Source of the DNA: an uncultured virus (IMG/VR IMGVR_UViG_3300046786_000599)
Taxonomy: Duplodnaviria; Heunggongvirae; Uroviricota; Caudoviricetes
Strand: one strand, 5' to 3'
IMG/VR virus record: IMGVR_UViG_3300046786_000599
DNA: 64,000 nucleotides
In this document: piece by piece, positions 19,085 through 28,238 of the stretch
How positions within the stretch are numbered: position 1 is the stretch's first letter
How the letters are laid out: every line of letters starts with the position of its first letter
The notes under the pieces: model-generated
Databases searched by the model: none
Told to the model about the DNA's origin: nothing
The model's input: only the letters and a program-made list of their open reading frames with translations
Program-made: the position numbers and the translations under genes

Positions 19085-20067
19085 ATATTTTAATTACAGG
19101 TGGATGTGGTTTTATAGGTTCTAACTTTATCAGACGAGTAATTGATAAAGAGGAAATACATAGTATATACAACTTTGACATAACCAATTATGCTTCAAAC
19201 GAATCATATTTATATGATTTAGAAGATCACCACAAATATACTCTTTTTAAAGCAGATATTAGGTCAAAATCCGACGTAATGGAAGTGTTGCGTGAACATT
19301 GGATTAACAAAGTCGTAAATTTTGCTGCTCAAACTCATGTAGATAACTCGATTAAAGATCCAGAATCGTTTGTAACTACAAACGTAAATGGAACGTTTAA
19401 TCTTTTAGAGTGTTGTAGAGAATATTGGGGAGATGAATTGGATTATAAACGGTTTGTTCATGTTTCTACAGATGAAGTTTATGGTGCGTTAGAATTAAAT
19501 GATGAATCATTCACATTAAATACCCCTTACAAGCCTAATTCACCATACTCAGCGACTAAAGCTGCGAGCGACCATCTTTGTAGAGCGTATTCAAAAACCT
19601 TCAATTTTCCTGTTATTGTTACCAATTGTTGTAACAATTATGGACCAAATCAACATTCTGAAAAGCTGATTCCTCTTACAATTAACCGATTGCTTTCTAG
19701 ACAAAATATTCCTGTTTATGGAACTGGTAATAATATTCGCGAATGGATTTATGTAGATGACCACTGCGATGCGATTTGGGAAGTGTTAACAAAGTCTGAG
19801 CCAGGAAAACAATACCTAATTGGAAGCGGATTGGAATTGACTAACTTGGAGTTGGTACAAATGTTGTGTGATTTGTTTGATAAAACCACAAACAGAACCG
19901 TTGGAGAATCCAGAGAATTAATAAAGTTTGTTAAAGACAGACCTGGACACGATTTTAGATATTCAGTAGATTCATCTCAAATTCGAAACGATTTGAACTG
20001 GAATGCAAAAGTGAATTTTGAAGAAGGTTTACAAAAAACTTTAGAATGGTATCTCAAGAAAGTTTAA
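19081..20067 (+). CDS. rmlB: dTDP-glucose 4,6-dehydratase
   Basis: GGCGFIGSNF, AAQTHVDNSI, HVSTDEVYG, PYSATKA, DRPGHDFRY. Confidence 0.95.
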   Translation: MNILITGGCGFIGSNFIRRVIDKEEIHSIYNFDITNYASNESYLYDLEDHHKYTLFKADIRSKSDVMEVLREHWINKVVNFAAQTHVDNSIKDPESFVTTNVNGTFNLLECCREYWGDELDYKRFVHVSTDEVYGALELNDESFTLNTPYKPNSPYSATKAASDHLCRAYSKTFNFPVIVTNCCNNYGPNQHSEKLIPLTINRLLSRQNIPVYGTGNNIREWIYVDDHCDAIWEVLTKSEPGKQYLIGSGLELTNLELVQMLCDLFDKTTNRTVGESRELIKFVKDRPGHDFRYSVDSSQIRNDLNWNAKVNFEEGLQKTLEWYLKKV

Positions 20068-21319
20068 GTTTGTTCAAATACCAATGGTCGTCAGCGTGAA
20101 TTAAATTCTCATTGTAAGATTGTATTTTATTGACGGTGAACGTGAAAATGTCATATTCAAATTCTCCTGGTTCTTTCACTGAATCTTCAACGATAAACAT
20201 CAAGTTTTCAATAAACTGATAATGTTCCTGTCTAAATTCCTCTGCTCTAAACTCAATTAAAATATCGTTATTAAATCCGCCGACTGGTTGTAAAGAACGT
20301 AATTTAGTTCCGATTTTGAAATGAGAAACGGATTCTTCTTGACTTGTGTATTGTTCTTTTGCCCAAACTGGTGTATCAGTATAAATGGTGTCACACCACG
20401 GTTCTAATAAAGGAAGAAGACGATATTGGTTGTGGTGGATGTTATGAATAACAAAACCAACATCATATCTTTTACAAACTCTGGGCATCATCATTTCATC
20501 GTGGAGAACATTCATATGCCACTTCCTCCACCATTCACGAAACTTGATTTGCCTTAATGTAGTATATTCTTCTGAATCCTTAGAACGTTTCCACACCTTA
20601 CCTCCACCAACAGGTATTTCTTGTATAATGTTTACACCATCTTTAAACCTACTTCCTCTACAAGTCATGTGATAAACAAACGCATCTCTTGCTTGAACAA
20701 ATTGATAGCCAGCGAGTTTGAATCGGTTGAATAAATCGGAATCTTCCAGTTCCATTGGAGCAAAAACTCGTTTATCGTGACCGCCTATAGACAACAAATC
20801 TTCAACATACATTATCCAAGGAGCAAAGATTCCAGCTGTAGTTTTGTCTTTATTAGCCGTTTCTTGTTGTGAAACAAATTCAAGAAACTGTTTCATTTGA
20901 AACTCTTCTGGTTCCAAACCAAAATTTTCTACATATTTCTCGGGCCCAGGCGGATGTAACGGCGGTTCAATTCTTGTTCCGGAAACTACTGTTCCTCTTT
21001 TGACATGTTTCATCATGTTTTTAAGATAGTTTGGTGTAGCTACCATATCCGCGTGGAAGATGCCAAACACTTCGTTGGACGCCATTTTCGCCCCTTGGTC
21101 ATACAGCACAGTATGCCCAACACGGTCTGGTCCAGTATTTCTATATACCTTTACGTGAACGTCTTTTAACGAGCACATCCACTCCCACGTTCCATCTGTA
21201 GAAGCATCATCTAGTAGAATTACCTCTACATCATTGCCTAAATGTGTTCTGATGCTGTTATAAGCAAACTTTACATATTTGAGGTTATTACGTGACGGTA
21301 TAACTAATGTGACATTCAT
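20054..21319 (-). CDS. Glycosyltransferase family 2
   Basis: VIPSRNN, LDDASTDGT, HADM, EDSDLFNR. Confidence 0.85.
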   Translation of the reverse strand: MNVTLVIPSRNNLKYVKFAYNSIRTHLGNDVEVILLDDASTDGTWEWMCSLKDVHVKVYRNTGPDRVGHTVLYDQGAKMASNEVFGIFHADMVATPNYLKNMMKHVKRGTVVSGTRIEPPLHPPGPEKYVENFGLEPEEFQMKQFLEFVSQQETANKDKTTAGIFAPWIMYVEDLLSIGGHDKRVFAPMELEDSDLFNRFKLAGYQFVQARDAFVYHMTCRGSRFKDGVNIIQEIPVGGGKVWKRSKDSEEYTTLRQIKFREWWRKWHMNVLHDEMMMPRVCKRYDVGFVIHNIHHNQYRLLPLLEPWCDTIYTDTPVWAKEQYTSQEESVSHFKIGTKLRSLQPVGGFNNDILIEFRAEEFRQEHYQFIENLMFIVEDSVKEPGEFEYDIFTFTVNKIQSYNENLIHADDHWYLNKLKLS

Positions 21320-21744
21320 ATATTTTTAAGCAATTCGCTTGAAGAGTGTATTTTCGGTTGACCTAAAAGAACGTAATGAATGTTTAAATTTTTGCACACA
21401 AGTTGTTCTTCGGAAACTACTGTTGTTGCAACTCTATCTCCGCTGTTAAAAAATGCCATTTTTGCATTTGGCCATAAAGACCTAATATATTTTAATGTTT
21501 CACATTGATGTTTATCTTTGTCGATGGAAATCAAGGAATATTCTACGCCTTTGATGCTATGCATGATATTAGCTCTATGACGGTCATCCATGAATGGTTT
21601 TGATTGTTTAAGTTTAACTTGATAATCGTTATTTACTACAACCACTAATTTATCGCATTTTTCTTTAGCCCCATTTATATACTCGATGTGACCAAAGTGA
21701 AGTGGGTTAAAATAGCCGGACACAATTCCTATTTCGTATTCCAT
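21316..21744 (-). CDS. Cytidylyltransferase-like protein (RfaE/TagD-like, HxGH)
   Basis: SGYFNPLHFGHIEY, VVVVNND, NSGDR, HSSS. Confidence 0.85.
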   Translation of the reverse strand: MEYEIGIVSGYFNPLHFGHIEYINGAKEKCDKLVVVVNNDYQVKLKQSKPFMDDRHRANIMHSIKGVEYSLISIDKDKHQCETLKYIRSLWPNAKMAFFNSGDRVATTVVSEEQLVCKNLNIHYVLLGQPKIHSSSELLKNI

Positions 21745-21745
21745 A

Positions 21746-22705
21746 TTATGATGAAAAAACTTCTGCAACCCCTTGATTTTCAAACTCAAAAGGCATTATA
21801 CTGTTTTTAAAATGTTCTTTTATCTTTATAGCAGTGTTTGGGTCTGAAATTGATAAAACAAATCCACAACCGCCGCTTCCTAAAAGTTTTGATCCATATG
21901 CTCCCATATCCATTACTGTGTCTACTATTTCATCAACTTTTTCCGTAGAAATCAAGTTAGAAATATTTCTTTTTTCTAACCAAGATTGGTAAAGTAATGT
22001 TCCTATATTTTTAATATCTTCGTTTAAAAAATAAGTATATGCTTGTTTAGATATATCCAAAATTTCTTTTTTGTTTTTGTTTTCGTGAGACTTAGCAATA
22101 TTGTTTTGATTTCTTTGATTGTTGGTATAAACTAAAACCAAAGAACGTTGAAGTTCTTCTTTAAACTCGCTTGTAACCGGAAGAGGTTTAACTAGAAAAT
22201 CTCCGTTTGGTTTAATTTCTACAGTGTTTAAACCGCCATAAGAAGGCCAAATTTGATCTTGAATTCCACCAGCTTCATTTAGAATATTTCTTTCTATTTT
22301 AATAGCATCCAACGCTAACTGTTTATCTGTAGTAGGTTTGTTTTTGAAAACTTTATCAATCAGATAAAGCATACCTACACAAAATGAACTTGAACCTCCA
22401 AGACCAACTCTTGAAGGTATATCCGAAAAAGATGTAAACTCAATAGGGTCTTGTATCTGTCTATATTTTAATACTTCTCTGATCAGAGGATTTTCTATTT
22501 CATCCCACGATTTTACAGTTTGTAATTTTGAATATGAAATAATGCTTTCCGGAGTAAGAATTTTTGGACGTTTTCGCATACATAGATAAACGAATTTATC
22601 TATGGTAGTTCCTATTAAAAGAGAACCGTGTTCTTGGTAGAATTCTTTGTAATCAGTAGAACCTCCAAAAAACGATACTCTGAATGGTGATTTGACAATA
22701 TACAT
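21746..22705 (-). CDS. GHMP sugar kinase (HddA-like heptose-7-phosphate kinase)
   Basis: PFRVSFFGGSTD, GLGGSSS, GIQDQ, KLLGSGGCGF. Confidence 0.88.
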   Translation of the reverse strand: MYIVKSPFRVSFFGGSTDYKEFYQEHGSLLIGTTIDKFVYLCMRKRPKILTPESIISYSKLQTVKSWDEIENPLIREVLKYRQIQDPIEFTSFSDIPSRVGLGGSSSFCVGMLYLIDKVFKNKPTTDKQLALDAIKIERNILNEAGGIQDQIWPSYGGLNTVEIKPNGDFLVKPLPVTSEFKEELQRSLVLVYTNNQRNQNNIAKSHENKNKKEILDISKQAYTYFLNEDIKNIGTLLYQSWLEKRNISNLISTEKVDEIVDTVMDMGAYGSKLLGSGGCGFVLSISDPNTAIKIKEHFKNSIMPFEFENQGVAEVFSS

Positions 22706-23082
22706 TAATCGCCTTTAACTATTCTATAAGAATCGTCCTCAAAATGTTCAGTAGAAATCTCAATCAGTTCGCCTCCTGTAAGAGAAAACATTTGATGCCT
22801 TAAACCTACAGGAATTTCAATTACGTCGCCTGGATAAACAACTAATTCTTTGGCATTGTCACAATCATCATCCCAACTCAACTTGATAATAAAATCGCCT
22901 TTCAAAACATAAAAATGTTCGGTTTTTTTCTTGTGGTAATGAAAAGAACACTTTTTATCTTTTTCAAAATGAAGTATTTTACCACAATATTTTTCGTTAT
23001 TAGTTAACCATAATTCATATCCCCAACCTTTCGGGTGGTGTTCTGGACTAGTAGTGAAGAAGTTTATATTTTTACTTTTCAT
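22705..23082 (-). CDS. Cupin protein (mannose-6-phosphate isomerase-like)
   Basis: PKGWGYE, SFHYHKKKTEHFYV, EISTEHFEDDSYR. Confidence 0.8.
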   Translation of the reverse strand: MKSKNINFFTTSPEHHPKGWGYELWLTNNEKYCGKILHFEKDKKCSFHYHKKKTEHFYVLKGDFIIKLSWDDDCDNAKELVVYPGDVIEIPVGLRHQMFSLTGGELIEISTEHFEDDSYRIVKGD

Positions 23083-23605
23083 TATAATAATCTCCCCATT
23101 CAACTATAACTGATGACCTATAACCGAAATAAGCTGTTCTATAAATATCAAATATCCAATCCGGTTCATCTAACCTAACCACGTTAATGTTTGGACACAT
23201 TAATTTAATCGTATTTGTATAATCCCCAACATGTTGATGTTGAGGATGCAATGGTCTTTCAGAACCAATCGCAACTCTTATAATAACTTTTGGCTTATAT
23301 GGATTGTCTGCCATTAATTGAATTTTATCCAAATGGTTTACAAGTTGGTTTGTTGCCAATAAAAAGAAATTCCATCTTGGGAAAATAGATATTGGAACGG
23401 TTTTGCCATCCAATGCCATTCCAATAGACATCCCCATTTGCATGTCTTCACAAACAGGCATTTCCCACAATTTTTCTGAAGGAACTTCTTTTAACGTGTT
23501 GGTCATAGCCGTCCCGGCATACTGTACTGCCTGCCCCAGAAAAAAAGTATCTGATTGTTGTCCTAACCACGTCATTGACCTTTTTAGTTCTTCTGCGTAT
23601 TTCAT
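23072..23605 (-). CDS. TPP-dependent enzyme beta subunit (pyrimidine-binding domain only)
   Basis: FLGQAV, EMPVCEDMQMGMSIGMAL, QLVNHLDK, QHVGDYT. Confidence 0.82.
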   Translation of the reverse strand: MKYAEELKRSMTWLGQQSDTFFLGQAVQYAGTAMTNTLKEVPSEKLWEMPVCEDMQMGMSIGMALDGKTVPISIFPRWNFFLLATNQLVNHLDKIQLMADNPYKPKVIIRVAIGSERPLHPQHQHVGDYTNTIKLMCPNINVVRLDEPDWIFDIYRTAYFGYRSSVIVEWGDYYNEK

Positions 23606-23925
23606 AAAGTATCTTCAAAGCTAATTTTATAAATGCCAATTCCATAGGGCGTTTCAAGAAGGGTTTGAATTTTAACTATTTTGTAAATTTCATTTTCTGG
23701 GTTATTAGAAATGTAAATTTCATTTTTTATGTCTTTTGGTTCGTCTATGTCTAATATTCTGAATTTTTCTCCTACCGAGGGTTTACCATGTATTGATAAT
23801 ATTAAACTAATAAATCCTATTCTGTCTTTAGAAACATAAGTTCGACCAATGTATCCCGCTTTAATTCCAGGACATTCATTCGATGCTATTACATCATATG
23901 TTTTATTTTCAATTTTGAATTTCAT
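23602..23925 (-). CDS. Hypothetical protein
   Basis: 107-aa ORF with ATGA overlaps on both sides. Confidence 0.55.
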   Translation of the reverse strand: MKFKIENKTYDVIASNECPGIKAGYIGRTYVSKDRIGFISLILSIHGKPSVGEKFRILDIDEPKDIKNEIYISNNPENEIYKIVKIQTLLETPYGIGIYKISFEDTL

Positions 23926-24545
23926 AACTTTTTATAAAAATCTACAATTTTTTCTAACTCTTCTATTGTTGAGTTTCTTTTTAATGTATTTGCTCTGTGA
24001 GATATCACTATAACATTTCCTTTTACATAACCCCGTGAATTGTCAATTCTATCTAAAGATGGAGAGTTATCTGTGGGAAGACCCTTTCCTATTTTTAGTA
24101 GTATTCCCAATACAGGACAAACATCTGGTATGTATATATCATTTTTAGTAATTGAATGTTCTAAGTTTTTCTTTTTTGCTCTACATTTGCTTGACTCTAA
24201 CATAACAGATACAGGATCGTTTTCTAAACGAAGTCTTCTTAATTCTCTTTTTCTTTGTAATAGAACATCTCTATTTTTTAATTTTCTTTCACGTATTTCG
24301 TCGGCATGTTCTGTTCTATATTTTTTATTGTGTTTCACTTTTTTTGATAAATAATCGGCGTCATTTTTATGAGAATCTCTATAAGATTTTGCCCGATCCA
24401 ATTCTTCTTTTTTATGATTTTCATACCAACTATTTCTAATATTTGATAAACAAGGTTTACAATATATAGATAATCCGTCTTTTTTGGATTTATCTATTCC
24501 AAAATCTTCTGTTGGCAATTTACATTTTAAACATATTTTAGTCAT
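23922..24545 (-). mobile_element. HNH-type homing endonuclease
   Basis: N-terminal CLKC..CKPC; C-terminal CPVLG..SPSLDRIDNSRGYVKGNVIVISHRANTLK; ATACTTATA motif upstream. Confidence 0.78.
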
Positions 24546-24588
24546 GTTTATAAGTATCAACTTAAAATTGTATTCTTCACCCAAAGTG

Positions 24589-25200
24589 TTAAAACATTAT
24601 GCGTTCGCCAGTTCCGGCATGGGGATATTTATTTTCGTATTTGTAGTAAATAATTTTATTACTAAACTTAGAAATGGTTTCCCAACTGTCGTTTTCTTTG
24701 TTCCAAGTTTTTCGAGTATCTGTACAAACCGATTTATTATTATCTTCTATAACAAATGTAATTGGTAAGTTGTAATTACTGGCATATTTCCAATTTTCTG
24801 TGAAACATCCGGTTTCTGCTGTCATATCACCAACGAAACAATAAACGTGTTCATCCAATCCTTTTCGTTTAATGTCAAATGCTTTTCCAGTTGCAATTGG
24901 AATAACACCGGTAACAATTGCAGAAGACATAACTCTGTATTCTGGATAGTTTAAAGCCATAGACCTGCCGTTTTTAATATCTTGAATAAGTGTATCAGGA
25001 GGAACGCCTTTTAAAAGACATTGATAATGACTTCTCCACGAACAAAAAACCCAATCTTGTTCACGAACTTCATTAAAAACTTTTATCATTTGTTCTTCGT
25101 TTCCGTAATACAAATGTACTGGAGCACGAATTTCTTTATTTCTCCATGCCTCACAAACCAGGTTTTCAAATTCAATTAATGCTTGTGGAGTATATTTCAT
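24589..25200 (-). CDS. TPP-dependent enzyme alpha subunit (E1 alpha-like)
   Basis: PVHLYYGNEE, WRSHY, GDM..x..EDNN TPP-binding motif. Confidence 0.85.
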   Translation of the reverse strand: MKYTPQALIEFENLVCEAWRNKEIRAPVHLYYGNEEQMIKVFNEVREQDWVFCSWRSHYQCLLKGVPPDTLIQDIKNGRSMALNYPEYRVMSSAIVTGVIPIATGKAFDIKRKGLDEHVYCFVGDMTAETGCFTENWKYASNYNLPITFVIEDNNKSVCTDTRKTWNKENDSWETISKFSNKIIYYKYENKYPHAGTGERIMF

Positions 25201-26375
25201 ATATTGTTTAATAAATCACACAGTTTCACGATGTCTTCTGATTTTACATCAGGATAGTTTCCAATATACCATCCGTAAAAATGAACGTGATCGCAGTTTA
25301 CAAACTTTTCGGCATACATCTCTCCGCCGAATAAAGTGGATAAATATGGTTGTCTAAGTTGATTTCCACCGCCTGACATACCTCTTCGAAATTCAACGCC
25401 GTTTTCAAGAAGAGTTTTTTCAACTTTATCTCTCAATTCCAAATTTGGTTCTCTGAGTAATAATGTAAATGCATAATTACTATTTCCTTCTTTGTTAAAA
25501 TCAGTAAAGTATTTGTTGGAATCTAAATTGTTTAGAAAAATATCTAGATTTTGTTTTCGTGTTATATTGTTTTTATCCAATCTAGGAAGTTGGTTCAAAG
25601 CTAATACAGCATTCAGTTCGGTAGACCGCATATTGTAAGCGTTATGTAAGAAAATGAAGTCTTTGTTTAGTTTTGGATATAAACCAGCAACATTATCAAT
25701 GTATTCTTTATCACTTGATTCACGAAGCATTCCATGAGATCTCATTATTCTGGACATTTCATAAATGTCCTTGTTATTAGTACAAACCACGCCACCTTCT
25801 ATGCTAGTCATATGATGTGCATAGTAGAAAGAAAAGTTTGATACATCACCTATAGAACCAACTTTGGTTCCGTTGAATGTTGCGCCGTGTGATTCACAAA
25901 CATCTTCTATTAAGATGATGTTATTGTCTTTTACTGCTTTAAGGATTTTATCAGTAAGACCATTATAACCTAAAATGTGAGTTAAAAGAATAGCTCCTGT
26001 GTTTGGGGTGATCTTTTTTAAAAGTTCGTCTTCATCTAAAGCCAATGTTTTAAGGTTGATGTCACAAAACACCGGAACTAACCGTGCGTGTAGAATCGCA
26101 CATACGTCCGACACCCAATTCAAAGGAGATACAATGACTTCTCTTTTGTTTTTTGGAAGAGTAGTTGCTAATACTGCTAAAGTAACTATATTAGCAGAAC
26201 TTCCTGAGTTTAGGAACACACTATATTTAACTCCCAACCATTTACTCCATTCGGTTTCAAACTCACGAACTTTTTGACTGTTAGTAAGAACGGGCAATGG
26301 TCGTTGAGAAAGGAATTTGACAAGAACATCTGCATCTTCTTCCGTAATATTGTTATGCATTAATGGCCATTTCAT
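25197..26375 (-). CDS. ColD-like GDP-4-keto-6-deoxymannose 3-dehydratase (DegT/DnrJ family)
   Basis: NSGSSAN, EDVCESHGA, SFYYAHHMTSIEGG (His in place of Lys), RSHG, YNMRSTE. Confidence 0.75.
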   Translation of the reverse strand: MKWPLMHNNITEEDADVLVKFLSQRPLPVLTNSQKVREFETEWSKWLGVKYSVFLNSGSSANIVTLAVLATTLPKNKREVIVSPLNWVSDVCAILHARLVPVFCDINLKTLALDEDELLKKITPNTGAILLTHILGYNGLTDKILKAVKDNNIILIEDVCESHGATFNGTKVGSIGDVSNFSFYYAHHMTSIEGGVVCTNNKDIYEMSRIMRSHGMLRESSDKEYIDNVAGLYPKLNKDFIFLHNAYNMRSTELNAVLALNQLPRLDKNNITRKQNLDIFLNNLDSNKYFTDFNKEGNSNYAFTLLLREPNLELRDKVEKTLLENGVEFRRGMSGGGNQLRQPYLSTLFGGEMYAEKFVNCDHVHFYGWYIGNYPDVKSEDIVKLCDLLNNI

Positions 26376-26376
26376 A

Positions 26377-27336
26377 TTATTTATTTCTTAATTCTTGAGA
26401 AACCCATTCGTAAGTTCTTTTAATACCTTCTTTTATATCTATTTTTGGTTCCCAGTTTAAAACGTTTTTTGCTTTATCTATATTAACTTTTCTAACCGGA
26501 ATCATTCTGGGTCCAGTAGGAATAAGTTTATAAGGAGCATCATAACTTGAGACTTTTTTTATCATCTCCAACAATTCTAGTACTGTATAACTTTTACCAT
26601 ATCCAATGTTAATCTGTTCAAATGTATCGAGTTTTTCAGCAGATGTTATCATGGCATTTACCATATCATCTACATAAAGAACATCTCTGATATCTTGACC
26701 ATCACCCCAAACTTCGATTGGATTTTGTTTTTCTACTACTTTTCTGATTAAGGCAGTAAGAACGTGAGATCTGTTGGGGTCTATTTTATCGTTGGGTCCG
26801 TATATGTTTGTTGGACGTAATACAATACAAGCGGTTTTCTTTTTAAGTTTTTCTGAAAACATTTGACAAAGTTTTTCTGTATAACGTTTCATCCACCCTA
26901 CCGCAAAATACTTATCATAAGGGTCTCCTTCAAACATTTTATCTTCTGTTATAGGTTCTTCTGAATATGGATATCCTGTAGTCGAAGCTAACCAAATAAT
27001 TTTTTTAACATCATTTGAATGAGCGGCTTCAAAAAGGTTTAGATTCATTATGACATTTGGTTTTACAAATGTTAATGGGTTTGTTTCCTGAACAGCCGCT
27101 CCTGAACTGTTAGCCGCACAATGAAAAATTATATCTATGTTTTTAGTTATTTTATCACAAAAATCGGGATTTAATAAATCCCCCTCGGCGTATAAAACTC
27201 CGCCAGTAAGTTTGTAGTTTTTGTGATAAATAGCAACAACGTTACAATCTGGAATCTGTTTGAGTTTTCCTATAACATTAGAACCGATTAAACCGGTTGC
27301 TCCTGTAACTAAAATGTTCTTTCCTTCAAGAGTCAT
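26377..27336 (-). CDS. GDP-L-fucose/colitose synthase-like (Fcl/ColC) epimerase-reductase
   Basis: GATGLIGS, RPTNIYGPND, SHVLTALIRK, VWGDG..RDVLYVDD. Confidence 0.72.
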   Translation of the reverse strand: MTLEGKNILVTGATGLIGSNVIGKLKQIPDCNVVAIYHKNYKLTGGVLYAEGDLLNPDFCDKITKNIDIIFHCAANSSGAAVQETNPLTFVKPNVIMNLNLFEAAHSNDVKKIIWLASTTGYPYSEEPITEDKMFEGDPYDKYFAVGWMKRYTEKLCQMFSEKLKKKTACIVLRPTNIYGPNDKIDPNRSHVLTALIRKVVEKQNPIEVWGDGQDIRDVLYVDDMVNAMITSAEKLDTFEQINIGYGKSYTVLELLEMIKKVSSYDAPYKLIPTGPRMIPVRKVNIDKAKNVLNWEPKIDIKEGIKRTYEWVSQELRNK

Positions 27337-28237
27337 AGTGTAACTTGTATATTTCTTTAATCTTCTCCTTTTCGGATTCAGTTAGAAGAGGAAAATCCAA
27401 AGATTTTACATTTTCAAAAACCTCGTTTTCGGTTTTCATTCCAGGAATAATAACTGAAACATTTGGATTTGACAAACAAAATCTTAAACAATTCTGGGCA
27501 TCAGTATAACTATTATCATCCAGAACGGATAACATTTTTTTATAAACTTCGGTTTGTTTTTTTACTTTATTTTCTGTCCAAGACTGCCTTACATCGGCGG
27601 AATCTCCTGTAAATTCGAATTTTCCACTCAAAATGCCTTGGGCTAGCGGAGTCCGTATGACAGTTTTTATACCTCGTTCTTTACATTCGTTAAAAACACC
27701 GTTGTTTTCAACGCGGTGATCTAGAATGTTATAGTTAATTTCAAGAACGGTGGGTTGAAAATTAGCCATAACAGTTGTTCCATGATTCATATCTGAAAGA
27801 GATATTCCAATTTCTCTAATAATTCCTTCTTTTTTCAAATCACGCATAAAACTCGAAACTTCTGTATTGAAAATAATATCCCAAGATGGGTTGTGGAGCA
27901 TGTAAACGTCCACATAATCCGTCTTTAATCTGGATAAACTTTCTAATAAAGCGGATCGAAGATAATGCGGATCGAAGTTTTGAGTATCCTTATCAACAAA
28001 TCCACCTTTAGTTATAATAACAATTTGATCACGAACGTCTTTGAAAATGTTTCCCAACAAACTCTCTACATAACCAAAACCATAAAAGTTTGAAGTATCA
28101 TATACGTTAACACCGTTTTCAAAAGCAGTCATTAAAGCTTTTTTTGACTCGTTTTCATCAACCTTGCCATAAGATACAGATCCATTCTTATCTCCACTTA
28201 ATGGCCAAGTTCCAAAACCAATTCTATTCCATTTCAT
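27326..28237 (-). CDS. Aldo/keto reductase
   Basis: IGFGTW, DTSNFYG, SLSRLKTDYVDVYMLHNP, PLAQGILSGK, IPGMKT. Confidence 0.9.
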   Translation of the reverse strand: MKWNRIGFGTWPLSGDKNGSVSYGKVDENESKKALMTAFENGVNVYDTSNFYGFGYVESLLGNIFKDVRDQIVIITKGGFVDKDTQNFDPHYLRSALLESLSRLKTDYVDVYMLHNPSWDIIFNTEVSSFMRDLKKEGIIREIGISLSDMNHGTTVMANFQPTVLEINYNILDHRVENNGVFNECKERGIKTVIRTPLAQGILSGKFEFTGDSADVRQSWTENKVKKQTEVYKKMLSVLDDNSYTDAQNCLRFCLSNPNVSVIIPGMKTENEVFENVKSLDFPLLTESEKEKIKEIYKLHYDS

Positions 28238-28238
28238 A

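Noticed and set aside
24562..24588. Possible degenerate duplicate of the TPP alpha 3' end (RIQF* vs RIMF*) at the HNH insertion
   Set aside because: Match is too short to distinguish from chance.
23072..25200. Pyruvate dehydrogenase or transketolase as auxiliary metabolic genes
   Set aside because: Subunits are truncated, E2/E3 are absent and the context is sugar-nucleotide synthesis.
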